Position numbers and translations under genes: made by a program. Under the pieces are notes generated by a model. That model saw nothing but the letters and a program-made list of their open reading frames with translations. It searched no databases and was not told where the DNA came from. A DNA stretch of 64,000 nucleotides, from contig CAWAHW010000006.1 of NCBI GenBank assembly GCA_963781885.1, forward strand, positions 288,001 through 352,000, read 5' to 3'. Shown in pieces: positions 1 through 10,053 of this stretch. Numbering within the stretch: position 1 is the stretch's first letter; each line of letters begins with the position of its first letter. Origin of the DNA: an uncultured Spirochaetota bacterium (GTDB taxonomy: Bacteria; Spirochaetota; Spirochaetia; SZUA-6; Fen-1364).

Positions 1-161
1 ACAAATGGCACCGGGTACAACTGCCACGGAGTACCGTGGCCAGGGTGCCGGCGAATGTCACGGAGTACAAATGCCACGGAGTACCGTGGCCGGCGTGACC
101 GCACAAATGGCACCGGGTACAAATGCCACGGAGTTCCGTGGCCGGGGTGGCGGCGAATTGA
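1..161. repeat. REP-like palindromic repeat cluster: 3 copies of GCCACGGAGT(A/T)CCGTGGC within a ~102-bp tandem duplication
   Basis: Hairpins at 23-40, 73-90 and 125-142; 1-59 is nearly repeated at 103-161; may continue left of the window. Confidence 0.8.
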
Positions 162-187
162 CATCACCGCGCCGGCGCCGGTATAAC
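158..187 (+). promoter_or_regulatory. sigma70-type promoter for dapL, probably leaderless
   Basis: TTGACA (158-163), 18 nt, TATAAC (182-187); ATG at 193 with no SD. Confidence 0.6.
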
Positions 188-192
188 TCGCT

Positions 193-1431
193 ATGATCCG
201 GATCAACGAAAACTATCCGCGGCTCGTCGCCTCGTACCTGTTCAGCGACGTGGCGCGTCGCGTGGAGGCCTTCCAGGCGGCGCATCCCGACCGGCAGATC
301 ATCCGCATGGGCATTGGCGACGTGACGCTGCCTCTCACGCCCGCCGTGCTCGCCGCATTCCACGCCGCGGTGGAGGAGATGGGTAGCGTCGCGACCTTCA
401 AGGGCTACGGACCGGATTTCGGCTACGACTTCCTGCGCACGGCCATTGCGGAAACCGACTACCGGGCACGCGGCGCGGACATCGCGGCCGACGAGATCAT
501 CGTGAGCGACGGCTCCAAGTGCGACACGGCCAATATCCAGGAGCTCCTGGCCGGCGACCTGCGCATCGCGGTGCCGGATCCCGTCTACCCCGTCTACGTC
601 GACACGAATGTCATGGCGGGGCGCACGGGCCCCTTCCGCGACGGGCGCTACGCGGGGCTCATCTACCTGGACTGCACGGAGGACAACGGTTTCGTGCCTG
701 ACGTCCCTCGATCGCGGGTCGATCTCATCTATCTCTGTTTCCCCAACAACCCCACGGGCGCCACCATCACCCGCGCCCAGCTCGCCGGCTGGGTGGACTA
801 CGCGCGCAGGAGCAAGGCGCTCATCCTCTTCGATGCCGCCTATGTCTCGTACGTCCGGGACCCCGCCCTTCCACAGTCGATATTCGAGATACCCGGCGCG
901 CGGGAATGCGCCATCGAGTTCCGCAGCTTCTCCAAGACGGCGGGCTTCACCGGCACCCGCTGCGCCTTCACCGTGATTCCGAAGGATTGCATGGCGTGGG
1001 ACGCCGCGGGCGCGACCCATTCGCTGCACGCGCTGTGGAGCCGGAGACAGGCGACGAAGTTCAACGGCGTCTCCTACCCCGTGCAGCGCGCCGCGGCCGC
1101 CGTCTATACCCCGGCAGGCATGAAGGAAACGCGCGCCCTGTGCGACTACTACCTGGGAAATGCGAAGATCATCCGCGAACGCCTCGCGGCGATGGGTTTC
1201 CCCTGCACGGGAGGTGAAAACTCGCCGTACATCTGGATGAAGACGCCGATGGCCTCATGGGACTTTTTCGATCTCCTCCTGGACGCCGCGGGCGTGGTGG
1301 TCACGCCGGGGAGCGGGTTCGGCAAGAGCGGCGAAGGCTACGTGCGCGTGAGCGCGTTCAACGATCGCGGAAAAGTGGAACAGGCAATGGAAAAGATCGC
1401 CGCGGTGGCGGAAAGGCTGGGTGCGGGATGA
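193..1431 (+). CDS. dapL: LL-diaminopimelate aminotransferase
   Basis: YLF..., [57 protein letters not shown]. Confidence 0.95.
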   Translation: MIRINENYPRLVASYLFSDVARRVEAFQAAHPDRQIIRMGIGDVTLPLTPAVLAAFHAAVEEMGSVATFKGYGPDFGYDFLRTAIAETDYRARGADIAADEIIVSDGSKCDTANIQELLAGDLRIAVPDPVYPVYVDTNVMAGRTGPFRDGRYAGLIYLDCTEDNGFVPDVPRSRVDLIYLCFPNNPTGATITRAQLAGWVDYARRSKALILFDAAYVSYVRDPALPQSIFEIPGARECAIEFRSFSKTAGFTGTRCAFTVIPKDCMAWDAAGATHSLHALWSRRQATKFNGVSYPVQRAAAAVYTPAGMKETRALCDYYLGNAKIIRERLAAMGFPCTGGENSPYIWMKTPMASWDFFDLLLDAAGVVVTPGSGFGKSGEGYVRVSAFNDRGKVEQAMEKIAAVAERLGAG

Positions 1432-1910
1432 TTCCCGAGAAGGTGCGGACGGTTCTCGACAGGCATGGGCTCTCGGCCAAGGAGTTCGACCCGGGGAGCA
1501 CCGCGACGTCCGTGCTCGCCGCGCAGCAGCTGGGCGTCGCGGTCGGGCAAATCGCGAAGTCGCTCCTCTTTGCCGGCAAGGACGGGAAATATTTCCTCGT
1601 GCTCTGCCCGGGCGACAAGAGGCTTTCCTCCGCGAAGCTGAAGGCCGCCACGGGCGTGAAGTCCCGCATGGCGAGCGCGGAGGAGACGCGGACGGTGACG
1701 GGATTCGGTCCGGGCGAGGTCTGCCCCTTCGGGATCGATCCCGGCATCAGGATCCTCGTCGATGCCAGTCTCTCCGCCTACCAGATGATATTCCCTGCCG
1801 CCGGGACCGATTCGTCCGGCGTGCCGATGACCTACGCGCAGCTCATCGCCGTCACCGGGGGAACCGTGGGGGACTATCTCGTCGACGCCGGGGAAGGGAA
1901 GGCGGAATGA
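1428..1910 (+). CDS. YbaK/EbsC (Cys-tRNA(Pro) deacylase-like) protein
   Basis: AAQQLGV...[23 protein letters not shown]; ATGA overlap with the dapL stop. Confidence 0.85.
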   Translation: MIPEKVRTVLDRHGLSAKEFDPGSTATSVLAAQQLGVAVGQIAKSLLFAGKDGKYFLVLCPGDKRLSSAKLKAATGVKSRMASAEETRTVTGFGPGEVCPFGIDPGIRILVDASLSAYQMIFPAAGTDSSGVPMTYAQLIAVTGGTVGDYLVDAGEGKAE

Positions 1911-2326
1911 GCGGAATCGTCACCTGGAAGAAGGGTATGAGCTTCACTGCTTCCGGTCACACGAGCAATTTCAGCCTGCCGCTGGGCGCTGACCCGAAGG
2001 CGGGAGGCGAGAACGACGGGTTCCGCCCGACGGAGCTCATCCTCCTGGGGCTCGCCGGCTGCACGGCCATGGACGTCATCTCCATACTGCAAAAGAAGAA
2101 GCAGGCGGTCAGCGCCTTCGAAGTGAAGGCCGACGGGGAAAGGGCGGACACGGACCCGAGGCGATTCACGCGCTTCATGCTGGAATACGTCGTGACCGGC
2201 AATGGCATCGACCCGGCCGCCGTGGAGCGCGCGGTGGAGCTTTCCGAGACGAAGTACTGCTCCGTGATGGCGACCCTTCGCTGCGCGGGGCCCATCGAGA
2301 GGAAGATCACGATCCTCGAAGGGTGA
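1907..2326 (+). CDS. OsmC/YhfA family protein
   Basis: GG.NDGFRPTELILLGLAGCTAMDV.SILQK and AVELSETKYCSV; ATGA overlap. Confidence 0.9.
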   Translation: MSGIVTWKKGMSFTASGHTSNFSLPLGADPKAGGENDGFRPTELILLGLAGCTAMDVISILQKKKQAVSAFEVKADGERADTDPRRFTRFMLEYVVTGNGIDPAAVERAVELSETKYCSVMATLRCAGPIERKITILEG

Positions 2327-2354
2327 GGACTCCTCAGGCGCCGGTGCGGCCGAC

Positions 2355-2630
2355 TCAGCGGGGCATGTCGTCCAGCCCGCCGGCGTTGACGACGTTGGTG
2401 AACCCGTTTTGCGCGAGGAAGCGCATCGCCTGGCCGCTGCGGGCGCCGGAGGCGCAGTAGAGTACGATCGGGGTCGTGCGCGGCTCCAGCTCGAACATAC
2501 GCGCGGCAAGCGTGGCAAGCGGGATGTTCACCGCCCCGGGGTATGCTCCGTCCTTGAACTCCGCCGGCGTGCGGACGTCGATGATGCGCGCCCCCGCCGC
2601 GATCTTTTCCTTTATGGTTGTCCCTGCCAT
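2355..2630 (-). CDS. single-domain rhodanese (PspE-like)
   Basis: IIDVRTPAEF..G.YPGAVNIP, YCASGARS, NAGG; SD GGAGG before ATG 2630. Confidence 0.9.
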   Translation of the reverse strand: MAGTTIKEKIAAGARIIDVRTPAEFKDGAYPGAVNIPLATLAARMFELEPRTTPIVLYCASGARSGQAMRFLAQNGFTNVVNAGGLDDMPR

Positions 2631-2641
2631 GTTCTCCTCCG

Positions 2642-4327
2642 TCATGATTGCTGAATGTCGAAACCGCCCAGGGCCTCGATGGCGACGAAACCACCCGTGA
2701 CGTTCCGCACGCCCGCTGACCCCTTTTCCTTCAATATACGAAGCGCCAGGTGGGAGCGGAATCCCGACCGACAGTGCACGACGATCGGCCTGCCGCGCGG
2801 CACCTCCTCCAGGCGGAAGCGCAGCTCGTCCACCGGAATATTCCGCGACCCGCTGCAGGTGGCCCTGCTCGTATTCGTTCCTGTTGCGCACGTCCAGGAC
2901 CACCGGCCGGGCTGCCTCATCGGCTGCCTTGAGGAGCCCGCGCAGCTCGGCAGACGGTGACCAGCGGGCTGAAACCAGACAGGTCGTTCTCTCCCACGAA
3001 CGCCGCGAGATTGAGCGGGTCATTCGCCGACGAATAGGGCGGGGAGTAGGCCAGATCCATCTCGGCAAGGTCGTGGAGCGTGAGTCGGCCCTGGAGGGCG
3101 ACCGAGGCTGCATCGATGCGCTTCTCCACGCCTTCCTCCCCGAAAGCCTGCGCCCCCAGCAGCCGCGCGCTCTTCCTGTCGTAGACGAGCTTCAGCACGA
3201 GCTCCTTTGCGCCCGGGTAGTAGCCGGCGTGATGGTCCTTCACCACGATGGCGGCCCCGACGTCGAAACCTGCCGCGCGCGCGGCGCCTTCCGAAAGACC
3301 CGTGTTCGCCACGGTGGCATCGAATACTTTCACGACGCTCGAGCCTGCCGCCCCCGCGTAGGACATCTCAATGCCCAGCGCATTGGACGCGGCGATCCTG
3401 CCCTGCCGGTTGGCCGGTCCTGCCAGGGGAACGCGCGCGCGGCGGCCCGTCACCTTGTGGACGACCTCCGTCATGTCTCCTGCTGCCCAGATGTGCGGGA
3501 TCCGACGTGCGCAGGTGCTCGTCCACCGCGAGCGCACCGGCGGCACCGATCTCCAGGCCCGCCGCGCGCGCGAGGGTAAGCTCGGGCTTCACGCCCACGG
3601 ACAGGAGCACGATGCCGGCGGGCAGGAGCCTCCCGTCCCCGAGCTCCACCTGCGCGGCGGCCGGGTGGACGGCCTTCAAGCCGACACCGGTGAGGACCTT
3701 CACGCCGTGACGGCGAAGCCGCGCCGCGACGAGGCCGCCCATCTCAGGGTCCATGGTGGACATTACCTGGGGGAGGAGCTCCACGACCGTGGTGTCCATC
3801 CCGCGCCGGACGAATGCCTCCGCCATTTCCATGCCGATGAAGCCTGCCCCGATGATGACGGCGTTTGCGGGCTTCTTCTCCGCGAGGAAGGCCTGTATCC
3901 GGTCGGCGTCCGGCACGTTCCAGAGCTTGAAGACGTGGGGGGCGTCGATGCCCGGGACCTGCGGGACGACGGGCGAGCCGCCCTGCGCGAGGATGAGCGA
4001 GTCGTAGGGCAGCCACGATTCCCCCGCCGGCCCTTTCACGCGCACGCGCCTGCCGCCGCGGTCGATCTCCCGCGCCTCGGTCTCCACGAGCACCTTCACG
4101 CCGTAACGGCTGTCGAAGCCTTCTGGCGTCTGGAGGAGCAGCTTTGAGCGCTTCTGGATGTCCTGCGCGATGTAGTACGCCAGCCCGCAATTGGCGTAGG
4201 AGATGTAGGGGCCGCGCTCGATCATCGTGATCTCCGCGCTTTCGCTCACGCGCCGCGCCCGGGCAGCGGCCGTGGCACCGCCCGCGGCTCCACCGATGAT
4301 GAGAAGCTTCATCGCCTTTGTTTCCAT
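2642..4327 (-). pseudogene. CoA-disulfide reductase/NADH oxidase-rhodanese fusion split by three +1 frameshifts (probably sequencing errors)
   Basis: GGAAGGATAA, SYANCGL, GAGFIG.E, IWAAGD, LAGPANRQGR, DLAYSPPYSSAND and HCRSGFRS motifs lie in successive frames; shifts near 3498, 2955 and 2853. Confidence 0.85.
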
Positions 4328-4372
4328 TCTTTTCCTCTTGATCAATGATGCGACAACGCCGCGAACCCGTCA

Positions 4373-4386
4373 GTGACTTCTATCAC
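4373..4386. promoter_or_regulatory. CRP/FNR-type operator GTGA-N6-TCAC upstream of the reductase gene
   Basis: GTGACTTCTATCAC, directly next to a Crp/Fnr regulator gene. Confidence 0.55.
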
Positions 4387-5054
4387 GCTTCGGCAGGCAA
4401 CCCGGCCCTTTCCCGCAGCGGGCCGGGCTTCAGGATGGTGATCCTGCCGCGAGACGTGGCGATGACGCTGTCCGTTTCGAAATCGGCGAGGATGCGCGTG
4501 ACCACCTCGCGCGACGTGCCCAGCTCCGCCGCGACCCCGCCGTGCGTCATGCGGACGGCCGACCCGCTGCCCGCTTTTTTCAGGAGCAGCGCGGCGATGC
4601 GCGTGTCCATGTGGTGGAACGTCACTTCTTCGACGAGCGACAGCACCGCGTCGAGACGGCGCGCGTATTGCCCGAAGATGAAGTGGCGGCAACCGGCGTC
4701 CTCTTCCACGAGCCGCGCGAGGAGCGGCGCGGGAACCAGAAGGATCCGCGTGCGTCCCACCGCCTCCGCGACGGCGGGAAAGTTACCGCCGTTGAGAATG
4801 CATGTGGCCGAGAGGATGCAGCTCTCCCCTTGCTCGACGCGGTAGAGCGTGAGCTCCTTGCCGGTCTCCGAAATCTTGTAGATGCGCAGCGCCCCCTCCA
4901 CCACAAAGGGGAGGAAGGCGCATTCCGCGCCGCCTGCTACGAGCAGCTGCCGATCATCGAGCGATTTTTCTACCGCCTGCGCGCGCAGCACGTCGCGGAG
5001 CTTCGGCGGGAGCGCGGAGAGGAACGGAAAGCGCCGGCCGATCGATGCGTCCAT
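4383..5054 (-). CDS. Crp/Fnr family transcriptional regulator
   Basis: cNMP-binding fold (G.LRIYK.SETGKELTLYRV..GESC) and HTH VAAELGTSREVVTRIL; extended -10 TGaTAGAAT 7 nt before the ATG. Confidence 0.9.
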   Translation of the reverse strand: MDASIGRRFPFLSALPPKLRDVLRAQAVEKSLDDRQLLVAGGAECAFLPFVVEGALRIYKISETGKELTLYRVEQGESCILSATCILNGGNFPAVAEAVGRTRILLVPAPLLARLVEEDAGCRHFIFGQYARRLDAVLSLVEEVTFHHMDTRIAALLLKKAGSGSAVRMTHGGVAAELGTSREVVTRILADFETDSVIATSRGRITILKPGPLRERAGLPAEA

Positions 5055-5129
5055 GCCCGGCATTCTATCACAGCCGGCGACGCCCTTGACGCAACGTGAC
5101 GGCCGTGCAAGACTCCGCCTGTCCTGCCG

Positions 5130-5348
5130 AATGAACGGCGCGAGAGAGCATCGGGTGACCGATCGCCGAAGGTGCAAGGAGCGGACCGACACACGGACCG
5201 CTTGAATCTCTCAGGCAGAAGGATCGCGTCGGGACGGCACTCTGGAAAGTCGTCGGGTCTCCGCGCACGCGGGGTTGCCCGGCCGCCGAAGGGGCATTCC
5301 CTGACCTCACAAGAGGTCCGGGAGCAATCTCTCAGGCCCAAGACAGAG
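5130..5348 (+). ncRNA. tandem glycine riboswitch
   Basis: Two aptamers with GAGAGAG/GGAAAG...CGCCGAAGG...AATCTCTCAGG motifs upstream of gcvT; boundaries approximate. Confidence 0.92.
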
Positions 5349-5378
5349 AAGAACGGGAGCAGCCCGTTCTTTTTTTTT
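5349..5378 (+). terminator. intrinsic terminator forming the riboswitch expression platform
   Basis: AAGAACGGG-AGCAG-CCCGTTCTT followed by a T-run, between aptamer 2 and the gcvT SD. Confidence 0.85.
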
Positions 5379-5387
5379 GGAGGCCGC

Positions 5388-6485
5388 ATGGAGACGAAGC
5401 TTCACGGATGGCACATTTCCCAGGGCGCCCGGATGGTCGATTTCGGGGGATGGGACATGCCGGTCCAGTACGCCGCGGGTCCGCGCGAAGAGCACGTGCG
5501 TGTACGCGACGCGGCGGGGCTTTTCGACATCGACCACATGGGACGTTTCGAGGTCACCGGTCCGCAGGCCGTGGAGTTCCTCCAGCGCGTGCAGACCTGG
5601 GACGTGAGCCGGCTCGCGGCGGGGCGGGCGCATTACAGCATGCTCCTGAACGACTCCGGCGGCGTCATCGACGATATTTTCATCTATCATAAGCCGCAGT
5701 CCTGGCTCGTCGTCGTGAATGCCTCCAATGCACCAAAGGATTTCGCCTGGCTGCAGACCCACGCCCGGGACTTCGCGGTGAGCATTCGCGACCTGCGCGC
5801 GGAGACATGCCTCGTCGCCCTCCAGGGACCGGCCGCGCGGGAGGCGCTGCAGCCGCTGTGTCCCGATCTCGATCTCGGCGGCGTCGGCTTCCACCACGTC
5901 GTGGAATGCGCGTGTGCCGGCGCGCGCATCGTGCTCTGCACGACGGGCTATACCGGCGAGCCCGGCTACGAGCTGCTCCTGCCGTCCACCGGGTGTGTGG
6001 ACCTCTGGAGCGCGATCCTGGAAAGCGGCGCGCCGCAGGGCGTGCTGCCGTGCGGTCTTGCCGCCCGCGACTCCCTGCGCGCCGAGGCCTGTCTTCCCCT
6101 CTACGGCAATGAGATCGACGAGAGCACGGACCCGCTCCGTGCCGGGCTCGTGCGCGCGGCGGTGCGCCTGGAAGGCCACGACTTCATCGGCCGCCGGGCG
6201 CTCGCGGCGCTGGCGCTCGCGCCGCTGCCCGAGCTGCTCGTGGGCTTCCAGATGGTGGATCCGGGCGTGCCGCGGCACGGCTACGCCATCGCCGCGGGCG
6301 CGCGCGCGGTGGGCAGGGTGACCACCGGTCTTTTCAGCCCGTCGACGGGAAAATACGTCGGCATGGGCTATGTCGAATCCGCCCTTGCCGCCGTCGGAGG
6401 CGAGATCTCCGTTGTCATCAGGGATTCACCGAAGGCCGCCCGCGTCGTCGCGCGGCCCTTCTATACGTCGCCGCACTGGAGGTGA
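5388..6485 (+). CDS. gcvT: glycine cleavage aminomethyltransferase T
   Basis: MVDFGGWDMPVQY, EH..VR..AGLFDIDHMG, TGYTGEPGYE, GLAARDSLRAEA.LPLYG. Confidence 0.95.
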   Translation: METKLHGWHISQGARMVDFGGWDMPVQYAAGPREEHVRVRDAAGLFDIDHMGRFEVTGPQAVEFLQRVQTWDVSRLAAGRAHYSMLLNDSGGVIDDIFIYHKPQSWLVVVNASNAPKDFAWLQTHARDFAVSIRDLRAETCLVALQGPAAREALQPLCPDLDLGGVGFHHVVECACAGARIVLCTTGYTGEPGYELLLPSTGCVDLWSAILESGAPQGVLPCGLAARDSLRAEACLPLYGNEIDESTDPLRAGLVRAAVRLEGHDFIGRRALAALALAPLPELLVGFQMVDPGVPRHGYAIAAGARAVGRVTTGLFSPSTGKYVGMGYVESALAAVGGEISVVIRDSPKAARVVARPFYTSPHWR

Positions 6486-6487
6486 GC

Positions 6488-6877
6488 ATGGATTACAAGG
6501 TTGACGAGAAGCTTCGCTACACGAAGACGCACGAATGGGCGCGCGGGGAGGGCGACGAGATCGTGATCGGCATCAGCGACTACGCCCAGGACCATCTCTC
6601 CGACGTCGTGTTCGTCGATTTGCCCGCCGTCGGAAAGGAAGTGCGCGCGGGTGCCGCCTGCATGGTCATCGAATCGGTCAAGGCGGCGGAAGAGGTCTTT
6701 GCCCCGATCTCGGGGGTCGTGAGCGCCCGCAACGAGAAGCTGGAAAAATCCCCGGAGCTGGTGAACAAGGACCCCTTCGGTGAAGGGTGGCTTGTGAAGG
6801 TGAAGCCGGCCAGCCGCGTGGAGCTCGACGGGCTCATGGATGCCGTGGCCTACCGGCGGCACCTGGAGACCCTATGA
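6488..6877 (+). CDS. gcvH: glycine cleavage H protein
   Basis: YTKTHEW, GISDYAQ, lipoyl motif IESVKAA, N.DPFGEGW. Confidence 0.95.
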   Translation: MDYKVDEKLRYTKTHEWARGEGDEIVIGISDYAQDHLSDVVFVDLPAVGKEVRAGAACMVIESVKAAEEVFAPISGVVSARNEKLEKSPELVNKDPFGEGWLVKVKPASRVELDGLMDAVAYRRHLETL

Positions 6878-8223
6878 GCTTCATCCCCAACACCGACGCC
6901 GACCGGGCACGCATGCTGGAGACGGTGGGCGTCGGCTCGGTGGCCGAGCTCTTCCACGACGTGCCGGAAAAGCACCGCTTCCCGCGGCTGGACCTGCCGC
7001 CTGCCCTTTCGGAGCTGGAGATCATGCGGGAGCTGGAAGAATCGTCGGCCCGCAACGCCTCGGCGGGGAGCACCCCGTGCTTCCTCGGCGCAGGCGCCTA
7101 TCACCACTTCATCCCCAGCATCGTCGACGCGGTGATCTCCCGGTCCGAGTTCGCCACGGCGTATACGCCCTACCAGCCCGAGATCAGCCAGGGCACGCTG
7201 CAGGCCATTTTCGAATACCAGACCATGATCGCGCGCCTGACGGGCATGGAGGTCTCCAACGCCTCCCACTATGACGGTGCCACGTCCACCGCGGAGGCGG
7301 TCATCATGGCGCTGAACGTGAGCCAGCACCAGCGGCCGCGCGTGCTGCTCTCCGCCGGCGTGCATCCGCAGTACCGCGAGGTGGTGCGCACGTACACCCA
7401 GGGCATGAGGCTCCGCATCGAGGGCGATGAAGACGACCTGCCGCTGGAAAAGCTCGCGTCCCTGTGCGACTCTTCCACGGCCTGCGTCGTGGTGGCCAAC
7501 CCCGATTTTCTGGGCCGCATTTCCCCGCCGGCAACCCTTTCGCGCCTTGCCGAAAAGGTGCATGCCTGCGGCGCGCTCCTCGTGGTCGCCGCAAACCCCG
7601 TGCCGCTCGGACTCCTGGTGCCACCGGGGGAATCCGGCGCCGACGTGGTGGTCGGTGAAGGCCAGGCGCTGGGCAACACAATGTCGTTCGGCGGCCCCGG
7701 TCTGGGCTTCTTCGCTTTCCGCCGGGAACAGATTCGCCGGTCCAGCGGACGGATCGCCGGCGAGACGGTGGACCGGGCCGGCGTGCGCGGCTATGTCTTC
7801 ACGCTCAGCACCCGCGAGCAGCACATACGCCGGGAGAAGGCCACCTCCAACATCTGCACAAACCAGTCCCTGAACGCACTGGCCGCGGCAGTCTACCTCG
7901 CGGCGGTGGGACCCCGCGGCCTTCGGCGGGTCGCGGAGCTGTGCTGGCACAAGGCCCACTACGCGGCCGCGCGCATCGCGAAGATCCCCGGTTTCTCCGT
8001 GGAGCGCGCCGAGTTCTTCCACGAGTTTTCCGTGCACTGCCCGAAACCGGTGGCCGCCGTCAATCGCCGACTCTTCGAAGGGCATGGCATCATCGGCGGC
8101 TACGAGCTGGGCCGCGACTACCCCGCGCGCAAGGACGAGATGCTACTCTGCTGCACGGAAATGAACAGCCGCGCGGAAATCGACCTTCTGGTCGACGCGC
8201 TGTCGGAGGTGGGCAATGCCTGA
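6874..8223 (+). CDS. gcvPA: glycine dehydrogenase subunit 1
   Basis: FLGAGAY.H, TAYTPYQPEISQGTLQAIFEYQ, TREQHIRREKATSNICTNQ. Confidence 0.95.
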   Translation: MSFIPNTDADRARMLETVGVGSVAELFHDVPEKHRFPRLDLPPALSELEIMRELEESSARNASAGSTPCFLGAGAYHHFIPSIVDAVISRSEFATAYTPYQPEISQGTLQAIFEYQTMIARLTGMEVSNASHYDGATSTAEAVIMALNVSQHQRPRVLLSAGVHPQYREVVRTYTQGMRLRIEGDEDDLPLEKLASLCDSSTACVVVANPDFLGRISPPATLSRLAEKVHACGALLVVAANPVPLGLLVPPGESGADVVVGEGQALGNTMSFGGPGLGFFAFRREQIRRSSGRIAGETVDRAGVRGYVFTLSTREQHIRREKATSNICTNQSLNALAAAVYLAAVGPRGLRRVAELCWHKAHYAAARIAKIPGFSVERAEFFHEFSVHCPKPVAAVNRRLFEGHGIIGGYELGRDYPARKDEMLLCCTEMNSRAEIDLLVDALSEVGNA

Positions 8224-9679
8224 GCCTCTTCTCTTCGATGTTTCGCGGCCGGGCCGCGAAGGGGTGGCCCTGCCGGTCTCCGATGTCCCCGAGACCGCGA
8301 TTCCGGCGGGGCTCGTCCGCGCGGGCCTCGACCTCCCGGAGGTGGCCGAGCCGGAAGTGATGCGCCACTACGTGCGCCTCTCCCACATGAACTACTCGGT
8401 GGATACCGGCCTCTATCCCCTTGGCTCGTGCACCATGAAATACAACCCGAAGGTGAATGAGAGCGCGGCGCGCCTTGCAGGATTCACGCACCTGCACCCC
8501 CTCCAGGATCCTGCCACCTCCCAGGGCGCCATCGGGCTCATGTTTGCCCTCCAGGCCATGATCGCGGAGATCGGCGGCTTCCATTCCGTCACGCTCCAGC
8601 CCTCGGCGGGCGCCCACGGGGAGCTCACGGGCATCCTCATCATGCGCGCCTGGCATGCCTCCCGCGGCGACACCACGCGGACGCGCGTCCTCGTGCCCGA
8701 TTCCGCGCACGGCACGAATCCGGCAACCAGCAGCATGGCCGGCTTCGAGGCGGTGGAAATACCCTCCGACGCGCGCGGCAACATCGACCTTGCGAAGCTC
8801 CGCGGGCACCTGGACGGGCGGGTCGCGGGCCTCATGCTCACGAATCCCAACACGCTCGGGCTGTTCGAGGAGAATCTCCTCGAGGTGACGCGTCTGGTGC
8901 ACGAGGCCGGGGGCCTGGTGTACGGGGACGGGGCCAACTTCAACGCGCTCCTGGGCGTGGCGCGGCCCGGGCATATGGGCATCGACGTGATGCATTTCAA
9001 TCTCCACAAGACCTTCTCCACGCCGCACGGCGGCGGCGGGCCCGGGGCGGGAGCGGTGGGGGTCGCCGAGTCGCTGGCGGATTTCCTGCCGGGGCCGCTT
9101 GCGGCACGCACGGGCTCCGGGCCTTCCGCGTGCTTCACGTGGTCCCATCCGCGAAGATCGATTGGACGGGTGAGGAGCTTCCAGGGCAATTTCGGCATTC
9201 TCGTGCGCGCCTACACCTACATGCGGATGCTCGGCGCCGACGGCATGCGCGCCGTCGCGGAGAACGCCGTGCTCAACGCGAACTACCTCCAGGCGCGCCT
9301 CGCAGACGTGTATCCCGTGCCCCACGGCGACCGCACGTGCATGCACGAGTTCGTCGCCCAGGGCAGGCTCGCCGGAGCCCCGGGCGTCCGCGCGCTGGAC
9401 ATCTCCAAGCGCCTGATCGACTACGGCTTCCATCCGCCGACGAACTATTTCCCGCTCATCGTACCGGAGGCGCTCATGATCGAGCCCACCGAAACGGAGA
9501 GCAAGGAGACCCTGGACGGCTTCGTCGAGGCCCTGCGCGACATCGCGCGGGAGGCGGCGGCGAATCCCGAGCTTCTCCACGACGCGCCGCACGCCTCGCC
9601 CGTGCGGAGGCTGGACGAGGTGAAAGCCGCGAAGGAGCTTGCCGTCACCGCGCCTCACCGGCCGCCGCGGGAGGGTTAG
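8216..9679 (+). CDS. gcvPB: glycine dehydrogenase subunit 2
   Basis: YPLGSCTMKYNPK, SAHGTNPA, HFNLHKTFSTPHGGGGPG, MIEPTETESKE. Confidence 0.95.
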   Translation: MPEPLLFDVSRPGREGVALPVSDVPETAIPAGLVRAGLDLPEVAEPEVMRHYVRLSHMNYSVDTGLYPLGSCTMKYNPKVNESAARLAGFTHLHPLQDPATSQGAIGLMFALQAMIAEIGGFHSVTLQPSAGAHGELTGILIMRAWHASRGDTTRTRVLVPDSAHGTNPATSSMAGFEAVEIPSDARGNIDLAKLRGHLDGRVAGLMLTNPNTLGLFEENLLEVTRLVHEAGGLVYGDGANFNALLGVARPGHMGIDVMHFNLHKTFSTPHGGGGPGAGAVGVAESLADFLPGPLAARTGSGPSACFTWSHPRRSIGRVRSFQGNFGILVRAYTYMRMLGADGMRAVAENAVLNANYLQARLADVYPVPHGDRTCMHEFVAQGRLAGAPGVRALDISKRLIDYGFHPPTNYFPLIVPEALMIEPTETESKETLDGFVEALRDIAREAAANPELLHDAPHASPVRRLDEVKAAKELAVTAPHRPPREG

Positions 9680-9690
9680 GCGCCGCGCCG

Positions 9691-10053
9691 ATGCTCTCCA
9701 TGGTGATCCTGCTTCTCATCTTCGCGGCCCTCGTGGCGACCCTCACGGTCGTCGTCATGCGTCTCGCCGGCCGCGCGCTGGGGGGCACAATCGCCCGGCG
9801 CGTGGAGGCGGCAGAGTACATCCAGAAGACCGGCAAGGTCCCCCCGTCGTGGGTGAGCGACGCGCCGGGCCCCCCCGCCCGAGACTTTGCCCGGATTCAT
9901 TCCGATGTCCTGAGGCGCCTGGACGATCTGTGCCAGTTCTACGAGCGCGCGCGGGTGCCGGAAAACCCTGGCCCGCATGCGGTTCTCCTCTCCCTTCTGC
10001 GAAAGACCCGCGCCGAGTGGGCAAACAGGGACATCGAGTCGCTTCTTTCATAG
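9691..10053 (+). CDS. hypothetical membrane-anchored protein (120 aa)
   Basis: N-terminal hydrophobic helix; starts 11 nt after gcvPB; codon usage like its neighbours. Confidence 0.65.
   Translation: MLSMVILLLIFAALVATLTVVVMRLAGRALGGTIARRVEAAEYIQKTGKVPPSWVSDAPGPPARDFARIHSDVLRRLDDLCQFYERARVPENPGPHAVLLSLLRKTRAEWANRDIESLLS

Noticed and set aside
1-161. CRISPR array
   Set aside because: The 'spacers' are short (23-25 nt) and themselves repeated, and there are no cas genes in the window
2850-3500. Programmed ribosomal frameshifting
   Set aside because: Three separate shifts with no slippery heptamers; simple +1 indels explain them
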